A stretch of DNA of 64,000 nt from Dicyema japonicum (Eukaryota > Animalia > Dicyemida), in the NCBI GenBank assembly GCA_011109175.1, contig RDEW01000022.1, positions 291,834-355,833 of the forward strand, read 5' to 3'. The first letter of the stretch is position 1; each line of letters starts with the position of its first letter. A program made the position numbers and the translations under genes. Under the pieces are notes generated by a model. The model was not told the DNA's origin and made no database searches. It saw only the letters and a program-made list of their open reading frames with translations. Positions 47,930-61,639 of the stretch are shown piece by piece.

Positions 47930-50460
47930 AGGCATTGAATTTTTCACGTTTAACGTCAGGGGACTCTCTATCGTTTGGAAACGGAAGGAACTGGTCGAGG
48001 ATCTTTCAAAATACTAGATTTCAATCGCCTGCCTTCAGGATACCAAACTAATCAACGGGATCGAAGAACAACATGGGAACGTTCGACTAATCTTCCTTCC
48101 AGGTGGAAACAAGCACTATGGGCTAGGATGATCTATCCAAAGAGTCTGCCGATATTACAGTGTGAATGATAGAATCGGGGTGTTGCAATTGAACCTGGAT
48201 GACCTCAACCCGTCGAAGAAATATCTAACTATAATAAACGTTTACACCTCACAGTCGATGGCTTAATAAAAACCCTGAGGAGATTGATGACTTTTACACC
48301 AGTCTTTCTGCCGTCTTCTCCAAGTATGCTCTCTCAACATCGCAGGAGACCTAAATGCGAAAGTTGGCACCTAGGTTACGACCGATGAGATATTCATGGG
48401 AAGGCATGGTCAGGAGGAAAAGAAATCTCCCGGGAACCCTACTAGCTAACTTCTGTCAAACGAACAACCTATTTTTATGCAATACAGCCTTCATGCATCC
48501 AGCCAGACATAAATCTACGTGGTGGGGACACAAAAAAATCCCGAAGGGCGAGTGATAAATACAACCAGATCGACTATATCATATCCAGGCAAAAAGATCG
48601 AGGATTATACTTGATGCACGAGCTTGTGGTGGATCGACAGCGACCACAAAATGGTTATTGCTAGACTTTCTCTATAGATATTTATGGTACTACAAAGAAC
48701 GAAATAAAAGTACATTAAAACCACAGAACCCAACTCTAGACGTTAATAACTGGCCATTCAAAAGAATATCTGGGAACTAGAAAACATGCCTACAGATTTA
48801 CCGCCTGGAAAATCCTGGGGTTTTGTAAAGCAGTCAATACACAAAGGAGCCAATCTGCATCTATTGAAAGAAAATGAGAAAATCCCATCGCACAATGACC
48901 ATGTACACGGTGAAGGACCTTGCCAATAAACAGAAGACCATATGGATGCTATATCAAAATACTGACGATTCTAACGTAATCAAAATTGCGGCTAGAAAGA
49001 AAAACTATACGCCAGCATAACAGAAATATAACACTGGACCAGATTAAGAAGATAGAATCTCTCAAGGACAACGCTAAACAAAGGAACGCAGATTGTGGAC
49101 CAAAGGAAGTGGCGGAAATTATCGCTGCCCACTTTGGAAAACTTTTCAATCCAAGGAACGACACTATCATCCTAGAACGAGGAAAATTGGACGAAGAAAT
49201 CACACCAATGAAGTTGAACTTGCGAGTTCCAAGTTGAAAAACAACAGGACTCCTGGATAAATTATACCATCCTTAAGGCTTATTTTTTACGATTTTCCGA
49301 GTTTTATGATTTTCCGAGTTCAATTTTTTCAGTTTTTTTAATTAAAAAATAAAAATAATAAGAAAATGAAAAAAATTATTTTTAAAAATGCGACGGATTC
49401 GAGAATTTCTCATAGGGAATTTTGTATTTTTGAAAAAATGCGGCGGATTCGAGAGGTTTTACTGTACTTTTCTGTCGTTATACACAGCGGATTCCGAAAA
49501 GGAAGATCTACTTCCGATGTTTTGTGGTCCCACAAGTGGATATCTGCGGACGTTCAAAAGTTCAAAATGTTTACAACCATCCTCGGAATCGACATTTCGA
49601 AGGCCTTAGACTTGTCGACAGACGGAGGCTAATACTGGTTTTGGGAAGTTTTCCTAGACGCTTCCACTGTCAGAATGGCCACCACCCTCCTAGCTGATAC
49701 TTGGCTCACTGTAAGAGTCGGGGGAGTCTTGTCTCGCTCATTTGAGACGACTGTTGGCACTCCACAAGGAGACCCATTATCACATATCCTTTTTGTCATA
49801 TACCTTGAAGCTGCTTTACTGGAGTCAAAACCGATAATGGATGAAAAGACAAACATTATTGCGTATGCTGACGACGTAGACTTTATTTCAAACGACAAAT
49901 TACCGCTCACCCGCTTGATGAAAGAAGTGCTGGAAGACTAGCCGAATGGTTCCTAACAATGAATCCGGACAAGATTGAGGTAACTAAACTCAAGAGGCAA
50001 GAAACAAGGACGGAGAAGCACTGGCACAAGTGTAAAAAGCTTGGCTTCCTCCTAGGAGACCATAAAAAAATTACAAAAAGGAAAACCCTAGCACAAACTG
50101 CCCTCTCCAGATTAAAGAACATCTGGCTCCACAAAAAGGGCCTTGACATTATAACAAAAACTCGATAATACAACTCGCTAGTGAAGCCCATACTACTATA
50201 TAACGCTGGTACCTGGGCCTGCTCAAGAAATGAACTGAAGAGGCTTAATGCGTTTCATGGAGACCAACTACGGCATATGATGTTCGAAAGAAGTGATACG
50301 AGGATGTCATCTGATCTTCTTTATAAGAGGACAAAGACCTCAGAAATTTCTAATGAGATTCTGGATACACGATGGAGGCTTTTTGGCCATATTCTGCGAC
50401 TGGACCTAGATGCCCCCGCGAACGTAGCCATGGAGGATTACTTCATGTTGGAGGCCAAAT
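47930..50460 (+). mobile_element. RTE LINE copy B (APE plus RT), closely related to copy A, 3'-truncated
   Basis: Long near-identity with 6252-7870; APE TFNVRG and YNQIDY upstream. Confidence 0.9.
49255..49464. mobile_element. pogo/Tc1-type terminal fragment inside RTE copy B
   Basis: Ends ggattcgagaggttttactg|TA, with a subterminal repeat aaaaatgcg.cggattcgaga. It replaces ~260 bp of RTE. Confidence 0.6.
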
Positions 50461-50519
50461 GATGGTATTTTATTCTCTTCTGATCCTCGTCTTACTTAGA
50501 AGTCTGATCTGGGTCCGAG

Positions 50520-51060
50520 GGCCAAATTTTTCGTGTCAACACACATAACGTTTCAAATCAGGTTCCGACCACTAGCACAAAGAGATGTTGTAATCCCGTC
50601 GGGAGGTTTTATATTATTCCGGGTGAGATAAGTCTACTCCAAAAAGCAATGATGGCCAGCAGAGGAAAGTGCGTTTTTAACGTTATCAACTTTTTCGAGG
50701 AGCGATAAGAGGACCAATACATACTTAATGTGGCATCTGAAGATACGGTAATACCACTCCACCAAAAAAAACATGCAGAGTTGCCTGAAACCATCCATAA
50801 TCGTAAAAATGTTTATTTAAAATCGCTTCAAGGGTTGACTTAATTTCATCATCAAGGAGAGATGGAAGATCTTTATCATAACAAGGGAACTTCGGAAGTT
50901 GAAAAGCATTTTGGGAAGCAGAGGACAGTTTTTGAGCCCAGACGGATATCGCAATTCTGGAGGTTGACTTGGCGATAGAGGAATACCGCAATAACGGTCC
51001 TGGCTTCGATTACATGAAGATGAGGATATTTAAAGAATGTCCAATGACTTTTTTGTAAGC
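50520..51060 (-). mobile_element. CRE-like fragment
   Basis: LPSLLDDEIKSTLEAILN..WFQATLHVFFGG, matching the CRE post-RT region. Confidence 0.45.
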
Positions 51061-51479
51061 CCATCGAGGTATATTTGATGTTAGTATTAAACTTGGCAAA
51101 ACCCTTTCTGATGGAAACAAATAGTTGTCCAAATAGTGGCCAAACCAGGAAACCTAAAAAAGATCGGCTAGGTTATTGTCCCATACTTCTGATGTGCACT
51201 ATAACCAAAATTATGAAGGATAGATCCTTATTAACCAAGAATTTCTTGGTTCTCCAACTATGATTAGTTATAAATGTTCTTTGCTTAAAATAAGCGTGTG
51301 TCGTCCCTGTGAGCGATAGCTAATATGACTCTTTGTAAAGTGATTATTATTAAATGAAACAAAAGCCCGCTGTAAATAATAAGGTGGATTAAGAACTTCT
51401 TGTCTGGACTGAGCTCATTCCCTGTGCCTCGTGAAGTTCTTTAACATCAACTATCTTCCCGCATCTGCATCGTGGCTCA

Positions 51480-54400
51480 TGCAAAGGCATATGAATGGAA
51501 GAATAATGATGAAATAGTTCTTATTGCACCACCACAACTCGCTTAGAAATAAACACTACAAGATAAATCATCAAACAGCCTGAATTTATACGTCAGTTCT
51601 CTTAGAGTTTCAGATTCCTTTGATTAAGGAACAAATTAAAAATAAATCAATGCAAAAATAATTATTGAAAACTACTCAAAAAATAACAAATTTTCTTTCA
51701 TTCAAGGCAGAGGAGACACTCTTCCTAATCCTATGAAGCAAATCCTGCACAGAAGGGTCCACAGTCATTCTCAAATGGTGGATTCTACCATCCCTCCTGA
51801 CATACAACCTCAACAGGAAAAACAAACAACGGCAGACAAACTCAACTCGAATACAAGTCGCCTGAATACTTCCTATAAGCACAGAGATCACATCAAGGGC
51901 GTAGGAATAAGGCAGAAGCAATAAACAACGGTCCAACTCACTGCAGGTGATACAAACAGATACCCCGGTCTTATTGCAGCCAGATTCTCAATCAAATAGT
52001 CCTCAAGAGAATCCAACCATATACAGCCATCCGTCACATGACTCGCAGTCACCACATTCATTCCTCCGTTTGACCTCCGCTTGCAGAACTCTCCACGGCA
52101 TCATTCAGAGTCTCTGCCTAAAAATTTCCCAGACAAGACTACATCATTCAGAGTGTTACACGTGATCTTTCCTGCATCTCTACCTCACCTGGGATATCTC
52201 CGGGACCTAGTATATATCCATCCTAAGTCATACCACTCTATCGTCATCATCATAACCCACGTGCAACTTTTCTAAATCCTCTTGTTGATCTTCTGCGGGC
52301 TCGTAAATCTCCTCAATCCTTGACCAAAGCCGAATGGAGTTGTCCGAAGAAGCCGTGACCACGTACCCCCGCACGTGCTTAGAGTCATTGCCCAAATGGG
52401 TCCAAAGTGTCTCTAAACAATTAAATCCGACGAATACGTCCAGAGTCATGATCTTCTCGTAGTTTCGGCATTCCACTGCCTCAGATTGTTGTCCTTAGAA
52501 ACTGAAAAGAAATAGTGAGTACGGGGGACGAACCTGAGACAGGTAATTTAGGAATAAGCCAAAACCTTGCCTGTCGGATTGGGCAAGGATCCGTTTGACG
52601 CAGTTCCCGAAATCGACCCCCCCAGATCCTGATCTGTCGGTCGGCTCCCCCCGTGATCACAAATCTGTAGTCGTCTGACACATCCACGGACACGGTAGGC
52701 AGAGAGTGGCCGTACAAATTATGAAGTAACTAAAATAAAGTCCTACCCAACCCTGGAAGTGTCAACGAAACAGATTTTTACAGTGTTGTTTAGCAGAGAG
52801 AGGACCACGTATTTATTACAGACAACAATACCGACTACCATTACAGACAGCAATACTTGAATCTAACTGCCAATACCTCGTCTTCCAGTTCATGAGTAGT
52901 CACGAGGTATAAGGACAGCCCTTTTCTATAATTAAAACGAAAATTCACAGTTTGTCGTTATTCTCGTCGTTTGTAAAGGAAAACTTCCAAAATTTGGCTG
53001 TTTTGTCAACACTTCCACTCACAATACGACTTCTAAGATTAACAGAAGGGACAACCAGATCACGTCCATCCTCCATACAGCCCGGAATGAGCCTTCATAC
53101 TTGGACAGGCTGATCCCACACGTGTCAAATATGCAAATACTTCCATTCTAAACTATTGAGTCAATAATCACCCTGTTTCCTGCGAGAACATATTATTTTC
53201 CGGGGGCCACTAAGAGACATGCGGTCAAATTGGCCTGGATAGTGCGTTTACATGCGCACGTGGCTCTGAAATGATTAAAAAGACAGCCAAACCGATTTCA
53301 CAGATTGATAGTGTCAGAGCTGGCTATGTACAGGTTTGATTATCTGGAGAAATGGAGACCGCTTTTCCAATAGATCGGTGGGAAAGACTCGGTAGTGAGC
53401 CAGTCTTGGAGCTTGTCAGGGTCCCCTCGACCACAGAAACGCGGTAAATTTCGATTGTGTTGCAAGTCAGAGAGACAAATGCCTGAAAATTACAAAAGGG
53501 AGGGAGACAGTGAACAGATCCTCGTAAGAGAGGATCTGGCAGCTCTTAGCCTTCCCAGCCAACTGTAGAACGGGGGTCTTGCGGACGATGTCGGAAGGTC
53601 CTGACTTTTCTGCGATTCCACCGTCCTCTTGTTTCAGCCGTTTTGCCCGAAGCTTTTTGTGCCGTTTTTTCATGATCTTACTATGTTCCTTCTCCGAGGT
53701 AGCCAAAAGGTAGAAGTGGAGTTTTTTTCCCCTCATTATGACAGCCCATTAATGCTCCTTCCATTACAATCTCCGAGGTTTCTGACTCAAATTCCCGATC
53801 AATGATGCCAATTTCTGTGACTTGGAGACCACTATGAACCCCAATGTTGTCTGCGTGTTCCTGAAAGTAAAAAATCTCCTCACTTGACGAGGATTCAGTG
53901 AACTAGGGTCATAATGTGATGGAAACTTTTATTTTAAAGCATTTTATCCCAGAAAATGACTTTGTGATGACAAACAAGTAGTCAAAACCCACGTGGAAGA
54001 GAAGTCCACTGCATTGCTGACCTACGGACTCCGTTTTGAAGCATTGCTGACTGGTGAGCTGCCATAACTTGAGTAAACCGTCACTGAGCTATAATAAGTG
54101 AAAATCTAACTACGTGGTCACGACATCGCGGGAAACCATGATTAGAGAGACAATAGGGTTCTTGTGTTCCTTCATTTTATTTTATAGTTATTTGTCATGT
54201 TTCAAGGGTCCACTAATCACATGTGTCATTTTGGTCATCTCGCGACTAATATTACTCCATTGTTATACGAATGTAACTCGGTCTATCTGTCTAGGATTAC
54301 AATATTTTAGCTTTATTAGGTCACCACTTGGGAAGATATAAAAATAAGAAAGACACATTTTTAAGTAGACTTTGGTTTGAAACCAACATCCACCCTAACT

Positions 54401-55720
54401 TGAAACTTTGGCTTGGAAACTTCTTAAATGGAGACGAGCACAAGTACTTTACAACAACATCAAATCAAGATCTCGCTACTTTCAAATAGAGTCCCTCAAG
54501 GCTCCCCACTGTCATCTCAACTCTCCAGTCTCTACATAAACGATATGCCACAAACCAATAATGAAAACTTTCTAATCCTTTCCTATGCCGACGATATCAT
54601 TTTTGCCTCCTAGGACAGAAGCATTCAATCAGTACCTCAGTCCGCTCAACAGATGCTTGACAAGCTGGAACTATGGATCTCTAAGCAAAACTCGAAATAA
54701 AGTCAATAAAGTCCTCTGTCATGCTGTTTACCACGTACAGAAGACAGCTTTGTGTCGAACCAAAAATCTCAACGAATAACGAGGCTGTTCCTATTAAAAA
54801 AGCACCGATGATTCTGGGAGTCACCTTTGATCAGGGACTTTCCTTTATCGGACATGTTGAGTACAAAGTAACTTCTGCTCTGAAGAAAATGAGATTTTTA
54901 AAAGTGTTCTCAAAACACAATCCTTCCCACGATGACTTATGTAAGTCCTTCGTGGGCAATGGAGAACTCACGATCCTCCTCATTGAAACTATCCGCAATC
55001 GAGGAGACTGCATTAAAGTTGATTGGACTAGAACACAAGATCCAACCTATTGAAAATCTAATTGGATTACAATAAAATTCTTAAAGGCGACCAGTCTACC
55101 GAACTGCCCCCTGTTTCATATACTATCGAAATATCTACAAACATGTGTAAAGTTTGAGCCGATGCCATGTCCAATGAGAAAAGCTGTACAGGATTCTCGA
55201 CCCTGCCGGACAAGTCCTCTCCATTGTCTTCCTGGGATCACTTAGTTAGTTGAGAATTTTTACTTCTTTCTCTTTGACCCAGTGATCCTGGGGGGTAATA
55301 AATAAATTTCAAATATTGGGCTACATCGTGTTTTTGAAAGTAAAAACTCAATACTCCGATGTGTTCCCAATGATGGATTGTGGAGGTCCCCAGTCTAAAG
55401 TTGAAGACGAAATCTACGTCTTTTTTGGAAATAAAATATTCAATCTACTTAATGAAAAGATTAGGGATTCGCCCTTTATAAAAATCCTGAGACTGCGAGT
55501 CGAGTACTTGGTGGATGTTGTTGAATGGTTGACACCTCTTTAATAACTAATAATACCTATGTCTTTATCGAACTCTCATTCTGTGGAGGCTTCGATGAAC
55601 TGAAGAGACGTGCTATGGGGAAAGTTACATGAAGAAAACTTGTAGAACGGATAGTGAAGAGCACAGGACAAGCGGAACCCTAAGTATTCATATGCTCATG
55701 GGTAACATGGGAGTGCATTT
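51480..55720 (-). CDS. WDR3: WD40 small-subunit processome protein Utp12/Dip2; many tiny introns, indels, and an antisense LINE in its 5' part
   Basis: YGHSLPTVSVDVSDD..ITGGADRQIRIWG; YVVTASSDNSIRLWSRIEE; Utp12 domain LLLLPYSYALD..FFLLRL; SDGLLKLWQLTSQQCFKT; MKEHKNPI. Probable N-terminal EVSTI..RLAV at 55450-55540. Ends are approximate. Confidence 0.8.
54380..55305 (+). mobile_element. 5'-truncated Ingi/Vingi-like LINE (RT to 3' end)
   Basis: VPQGSPLSS, SYADD, MILGVTFD; 3' stem GGGATCACT/AGTGATCCT (55234-55289), then (TAAA)n. Confidence 0.8.
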
Positions 55721-55949
55721 AACTAACTATCTTTGGCATGTTTCAAGGGTACACTGATCACATGTGTTATTTTTAATGACCTCGACATTAATAATACTCA
55801 GATGTATATCATACAAGTTGTGATTATATTTAGTATTTCAATATTTTGATCCCCAAATAGCTTACATAGTGATTTAATGAGTTAAAGTAGGTTTACAGTT
55901 TATCACAAATTATACTATTTCTTGTTGATTGGGGGGAATTTATCTGATA

Positions 55950-58900
55950 AGCTTGAGCTCTTCTGTTTTGGGCTCTCAAATAACAAATCGGAAATCTGCA
56001 GTCTCACGAACTCTGATTACCTGAATCGGGGATCTGACTGCTAGTAAATGAGTAATACAGAGTACAGTTATTGTCGGCGATTTTTTTGTTGACAGAATGC
56101 TTCACTATAATGTTAGAGATCACCAAATACATGGGGTGACTTCTATTTGGCACGTGGACAGTCCAACTAAAAATAAACAACTGCACAACATGATTTCTCC
56201 CTTTTCTTGCGGCCTGCGAGATGCTGAGCTCGCATTTTTGCGAGTTGGGCGGTCCTCAAGTTATCAAACCCCTTTAATATTTGTCTAAATCTAACCACTC
56301 CTTCATTATGAATATTTCATCATTGGAAAGGCAACCTTCATAATATTTCACGTCACGTGCTCGTTCAGAGACTTCCGTTTTTCCATGTTGTCATCAATCT
56401 GATCAATGTTTGCCAAATCATCCTGGGTTTCCATTCCAGAGGTCTTTTCTATCTCCACTTGGTCTCCAATGCAACCAAATTTTGGCCTATCATTCTGGAT
56501 TTCCTCAAACGAGATCTCTTCTTAAGCCACGTGGTCTGCAGTCAAAGCGAATTTGAGACAGTCATTCTGCATTTCCTCAATAGAGATCTCTTCTTTCGTC
56601 ACGTCGAAATCAATCTGGGCAAATCGTGTCCACTCATTTTGGTTTTTCTTGCATATATCCTCATTTTTCACGTGGTCTTCAGTCTGGGTACCTTTTAGTG
56701 AGTCATCCTGGATAGGGAGATCTGTCGGAGACTGTACAAAATGTCTAAAACATATAACCTGCATTATATTTGCCATCTCGACATTTTCGATCCCATCATT
56801 CTGTGAGGACTCTTCATGGATAGGTTCTATCCTGAACAACCAGTCGAAATGACGAATCAAAACTTGCTTAGTTTGGAATGTTTGGAGATTCCTACAATTC
56901 TCAAATAATGAACTCTGTCACGTGACTAACAAACGAATGAATTTTGTGGTAAAAATCATTCGAAATGGAGTGATTTTCCATAGTATATGAATACTGGAGG
57001 TCGGTAATCAAATTATTCAGTGAAAGCGGGAAATTGCATCTTCCGTTGGCAAAAATATCGCCAATGGGGTTATTTTGAATGTTCAAGGTCGTAAGGGACA
57101 CCAAATTGCTAATTTCAGGAAGTTCCGTGATACTGCTAGTTAACTATCAATGTACCAATTTCCCGACAAGTCTAGAAATGTTAGATGCGGCAGAAAATAG
57201 CTCCTGAGACTATTCATATCAGAAATGTTGTTATTGGAGAGGTCCATGTGGACTAGTAAGGGAAAGAGAGACAAGTTGGGCAACTAGGGGTACCATAATT
57301 ATGATACTGATTGCAAATAATTATCCCCGATTTTAAGGGATGTGAGATATTTGTTTGGAGATTTGTCCATTTTGCGGATAAAGTTGTTTGAAAGGTCGAT
57401 GGCGGTCAAAAATGGGAGATTCTCTAATCCAGCGCAAGAAATGAGACGACAATGACGACATTCCAAGAACATCAGACTCATCAGTGATTGGGGAAGCTCT
57501 GAAAACTGATAAAGCCAGCAAACCCAGGTAGTCGATATTATTAAACGACACGTTCAAATAAGTCAGGGTACTACAATTATTCATGGTTGGGAGTCGTCCA
57601 AGTTTGTTATTGGATACGTCCACGTGGGTGAGGTTTGGCAAGTTGGAAATATCACAGACGGACAGTGAATTGCCCTAATAATACTCCAAACCATCGAAAC
57701 TCTCAAATTTATGCTCTTAATGAGAGGACAACATCCAGATAGGTCGGGAAATGAGGAGATGCTGCAGTTTGTGAAGGAAAGGTTTGTGAGGCTGTGAAAT
57801 CGACACACGTTCTGTATGCTGTTGACATCCGGACGGTTATCAACGTTAATCTATGCATTTTGTCACAAAAAACTGATTCTAAGTCTCCAAAATCATTGAT
57901 TCTAGCAGAATGGAAGAGATCCTCAACATCGAGGCAATTAGAGTACTCGACAGCCTCATTTGGCTGAAATCTATGTTTTCTAATGGCCGTTCTTTTGGGA
58001 GTAAAAGGCTCGTCGAATCCATCCCTTAAATGACTAATATTAAAACCTTAAACCTTCCCTCAAAGAAGACATATTATCCAGTAGATCATCAAATTTGGAG
58101 ATTTGATCCTCCAAGTTTGAACCATCGAGGCATATCACGTTCAAGACAATCACATTTTTGTCCTCATTTATTGATCCGGCATTTTTCACCCACTGGGTTT
58201 CCTCTTGAGGTTCCACGAATTCCGTTGACTGGTAATCTGTGGGAGGCCGGAATTCATTAGGATCCTCAGTGTAGATTTCAGCCTTAGGTGATTGTAGTTC
58301 ACCATGGCTCGTCTGTAAGTTAGTGAGGTCCACGGATCGGTCAATTTCAGCATTAGCCAGCGATTGATGATCTTCTGCCTTTGTTTCTAAGCGAGCAAAT
58401 TGTTCGAATCGTTCGACTTTGTCATCTTTAAGTGATCCTTGCTGTTCCGACTTTTGGAGGTTTTTTTCAGCATCAAAAATGATTTTGTTATTCGACGTGT
58501 GAGGCTCCTCCAGGGTTTTTAGTTCCTCTGAATTCTCGTCGTTACGGATATTTCCGTTTTTCAACGACTCTGGGTTTTTTGATCCTCCAAAATATTTTCG
58601 TTTGCTGCCTGAATTCCTTTTAGGATCAGTCACGTGCTGGAAAATTAACTTATTCTTTAATAATTTGTGGTTTAACTCCACCAGCCCTTTCGATGGCTCA
58701 CTCGTCTTGGTCCCCAATCGTAAAATTTCCCTACGATTGAGTAAGAGTGCTGTACTGTTCGTTTTCCACATTGAACTGCTTGATTGTGGCCCTAGACTCG
58801 GTCAGTTTGTCTGCTTTCTGTTGATTTGTTCCTGTTTTTATCAGTTTCTTTAAAAAGTTGAAAATGGTTCGAGCCGCCTTGTATCTTTTTTGGATCCCGA

Positions 58901-59780
58901 CGAGCTCGATTTCTTTAATTTCAGCCATTTTCTCGTAGAATCAAAATTCTTACCTGTTTGGCTGAGGAGACTCTGTCATGGATTTCAGCAGCATAAATTT
59001 TCCGTACCCTTAAATGTGAGCGGCTCAGAACCTGTGCATTCTGTAAAATGACTGAATCTTGGTGGCAGCTGAGATCCTTCCTTTGTTCAATTAAGTCCAC
59101 CATGGAGTTATAATCCGACAAGACATCACACTGCCGAATAGTAAAGTCTCTCTGACTGTTCATGAAATTAGAATTACGTCAAAGTTGATTTTTTCTGCTT
59201 CGAGAATTCTCAGACGTTCCTGTAATTCCAAATTTGCTGCAGCTTTCTCACTCTGCCAATCAATCGAAATCGTACAATCAAAGTTGTCTCCCAATTTTCC
59301 AGATCTTCTTTCATTTTGGAGTTCAATATGAATTTTGGTTCTGTCGTTATATTCCCATCTTCCAAGTCACATAGTTCGCTCAGTTGTTTGGTTCCCCCAC
59401 CATGGAGATCCAGAGCATCATCGTCTTCGATATCTTTGTAAGTTAAGCGATAACCTAAAATAATATTTTCAATGTCGAATTTAACGTCATCCGGAAAGAT
59501 TGAAATCTGCAGAAAAGTTAAAATATTTATACGTGATTTTTTGGCTTAGATAATTGTTGGAGAAATAGGCCACAGTCTTCAAAAACGTCATGGCAGGCTG
59601 AAAGTTTATTATCAATCCACGTGGACATATTTGAAGAGCCAACGAAGCTTTCAAATTCACCGAGATCACTCCCATATCGTTACTATGGAAACAATAATTT
59701 TTTAAGTCGAATGAATTGCTGGTTTTAGAATTTGGACGGAAATACAATATTTAGAGACAATTCGGTAATATCTTACGTGG
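55950..59780 (-). CDS. Leucine-rich-repeat protein with upstream coiled-coil/charged region and IQ-like motif (one gene or two; LRRIQ1-like architecture possible)
   Basis: LRRs LTNLSFTNCSI, LTHVDVSNNKL, LTYLNVSFNNI, LTAIDLSNNFI, LTSLKIGDNYL, LTTLNIQNNPI; KAARTIFNFLKK; long exons 58040-58771 and 56522-56860. Confidence 0.6.
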
Positions 59781-60076
59781 GTGTTCTCCCATTGCGACTA
59801 CCAAGAGAATCAATTGGTAGTTGTTTGGCAAAGGTTGGGTTTGATAGCTAAAAATGTAGGCAGTTTTTTCGACGAGCATGTGACCCACATGAAAATCAAC
59901 TGATCTCTGGTAGGGTTTTTGGTGTTACTCGCCTGTAACCACCAGTTTCCTTCACGAGATTGGAGTGGGAGTAAATAATCTTATGAAGGCATCGATATCA
60001 GCATATTGAGTTTGCGTAATCGATGTGTGGAGAACTATTCTAAGTATATATTGGATGGCATATAAGAATCATATTT

Positions 60077-60861
60077 ATGCGCAATAACGTGTCCTCCGTG
60101 GAAATTGATGGAAAAGTAGTGAGGAATGTGATATTTCACAAAACTGGGGGGAACAAATTAGGGCTAAGGATTGGACTGGAGGAATATAATGAACGATGGA
60201 GACTCGTAGTCATAGAGGTCAAAGAGAAGAGCTATGCAAAGCAGGAAGCAGGCTTAGAAGTGGGTATTAGTGAAATATCCATGTAGGGGATGAAATTATG
60301 TGGTTTAATGGAGTCAATTTCAGGGAGATGAGTAAACAGCAAATCACAAGTGAAGTCAGCATGTTGATGGATGCCGATACTATAAAACTGATTGTTGCCA
60401 AACAGGAGCACTTGAAGAGATCTCTTCCTAATATTGAGGACATCGAATGTGTTCAATCAACCTTGTATCCCCCACAATTTATTCCTCCATTCATGAACGT
60501 GCCAGCAGGACCTGGCCAAATGTTGAGTCGTCACGTGCTAGGGTCAGCTTATTATGGAAAGATATATCTATCCCTGAGTCACAATACTCTAAGGAATCTA
60601 ACTGTGACTGTGGGAGAGCTAAACTTGATGGGAGAATGCAAGAAAGTCGTCGTCAATTTGAGTTTGCTGGACAAAAATGTCACAATTGAGAGAAAGGTGG
60701 CTAACATCGAGCAAACAGTCACATTTAGGGCTCAGTGTGGCTACAATTATCTCAGAGTACGATTTGTCCGTATTTTAGATATGTGTAGCAAAGAGTGGAC
60801 ACTCCAGACAAGTCATTGGATGCTCATTAATATCTCTAGAAAGGCTAAACCTAGACCGTAG
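60077..60861 (+). CDS. PDZ plus C2-like protein (RIM/Piccolo-like module), one 23-nt intron at 60264-60286
   Basis: LGLRI..VKEKSYA..LEVG|DEIMWFNG..IKLIVAK (PDZ), followed by GKIYLSL..NLTVTV (C2 start). Confidence 0.6.
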
Positions 60862-61169
60862 CCCAGGGGGATGGTTTTATTTATATCCCAAATCAGTGGT
60901 TAAAAATATATGCCTGTACGTCCAACTAAATTCATGTGATATTTAAATTTTCATATAATCGTCTCTTTTTTGTAAGTATGCTTGGGGATAAGTCCTTGAT
61001 TTTTATAATCTTATGGAGGCGATCCGATTTGAAATACTTAGTAGGCAAATAGGTGGGATCTTTTATTAGTTATATAAGACATAGCTCTTCGGGACGAGGA
61101 TTGACCCACATCGAGGTCCATGGGTCAAACGGAAAATGGACATCCCATCTGACCGTTTTCCATCATTCC

Positions 61170-61570
61170 TACATAGGCCGACAGGTTCTAGCAGAGACTG
61201 ATAACTGGCTGCATCCACAGGCCGCCTGACAACCTCGTTTAGGGCCTTCCGTCTGGGAGACTTCCAACAGTCCTCCTACAGGCGAGTGATTATAGACCAA
61301 AGCCGTCGATCTGGTCACCGTATTGGCACGGATGTGGAACACAAATCTGACTAGAAGACTGAATGAGACTCCAATTCTGAAAAACGTTGTCACTGCTCTG
61401 TTTGGGATGGCGTTGAGCCAGGCCCTCTCAGGAGAAGCCCCAGACAACAGGCAAGCATAGCGGTGTTGGTTCGAGAATTTTAAGAGATTTTATAACAACT
61501 CCCGGAAAGCAACATAATCCAGACTACACTCAGAATCTCATGATGGAGGGAGGAACTAATGAAGACGGTT
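61170..61570 (-). mobile_element. CRE-like C-terminal fragment
   Basis: AWLNAIP..FRIGV..L motif, with hairpin-rich DNA downstream (61095-61165). Confidence 0.4.
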
Positions 61571-61639
61571 TCAAGTATCCTGTACGTGGCTGATGTTCAG
61601 GCCTATCGAGAATTCGGGAAGTGAGTGTAAAATTCCCCT

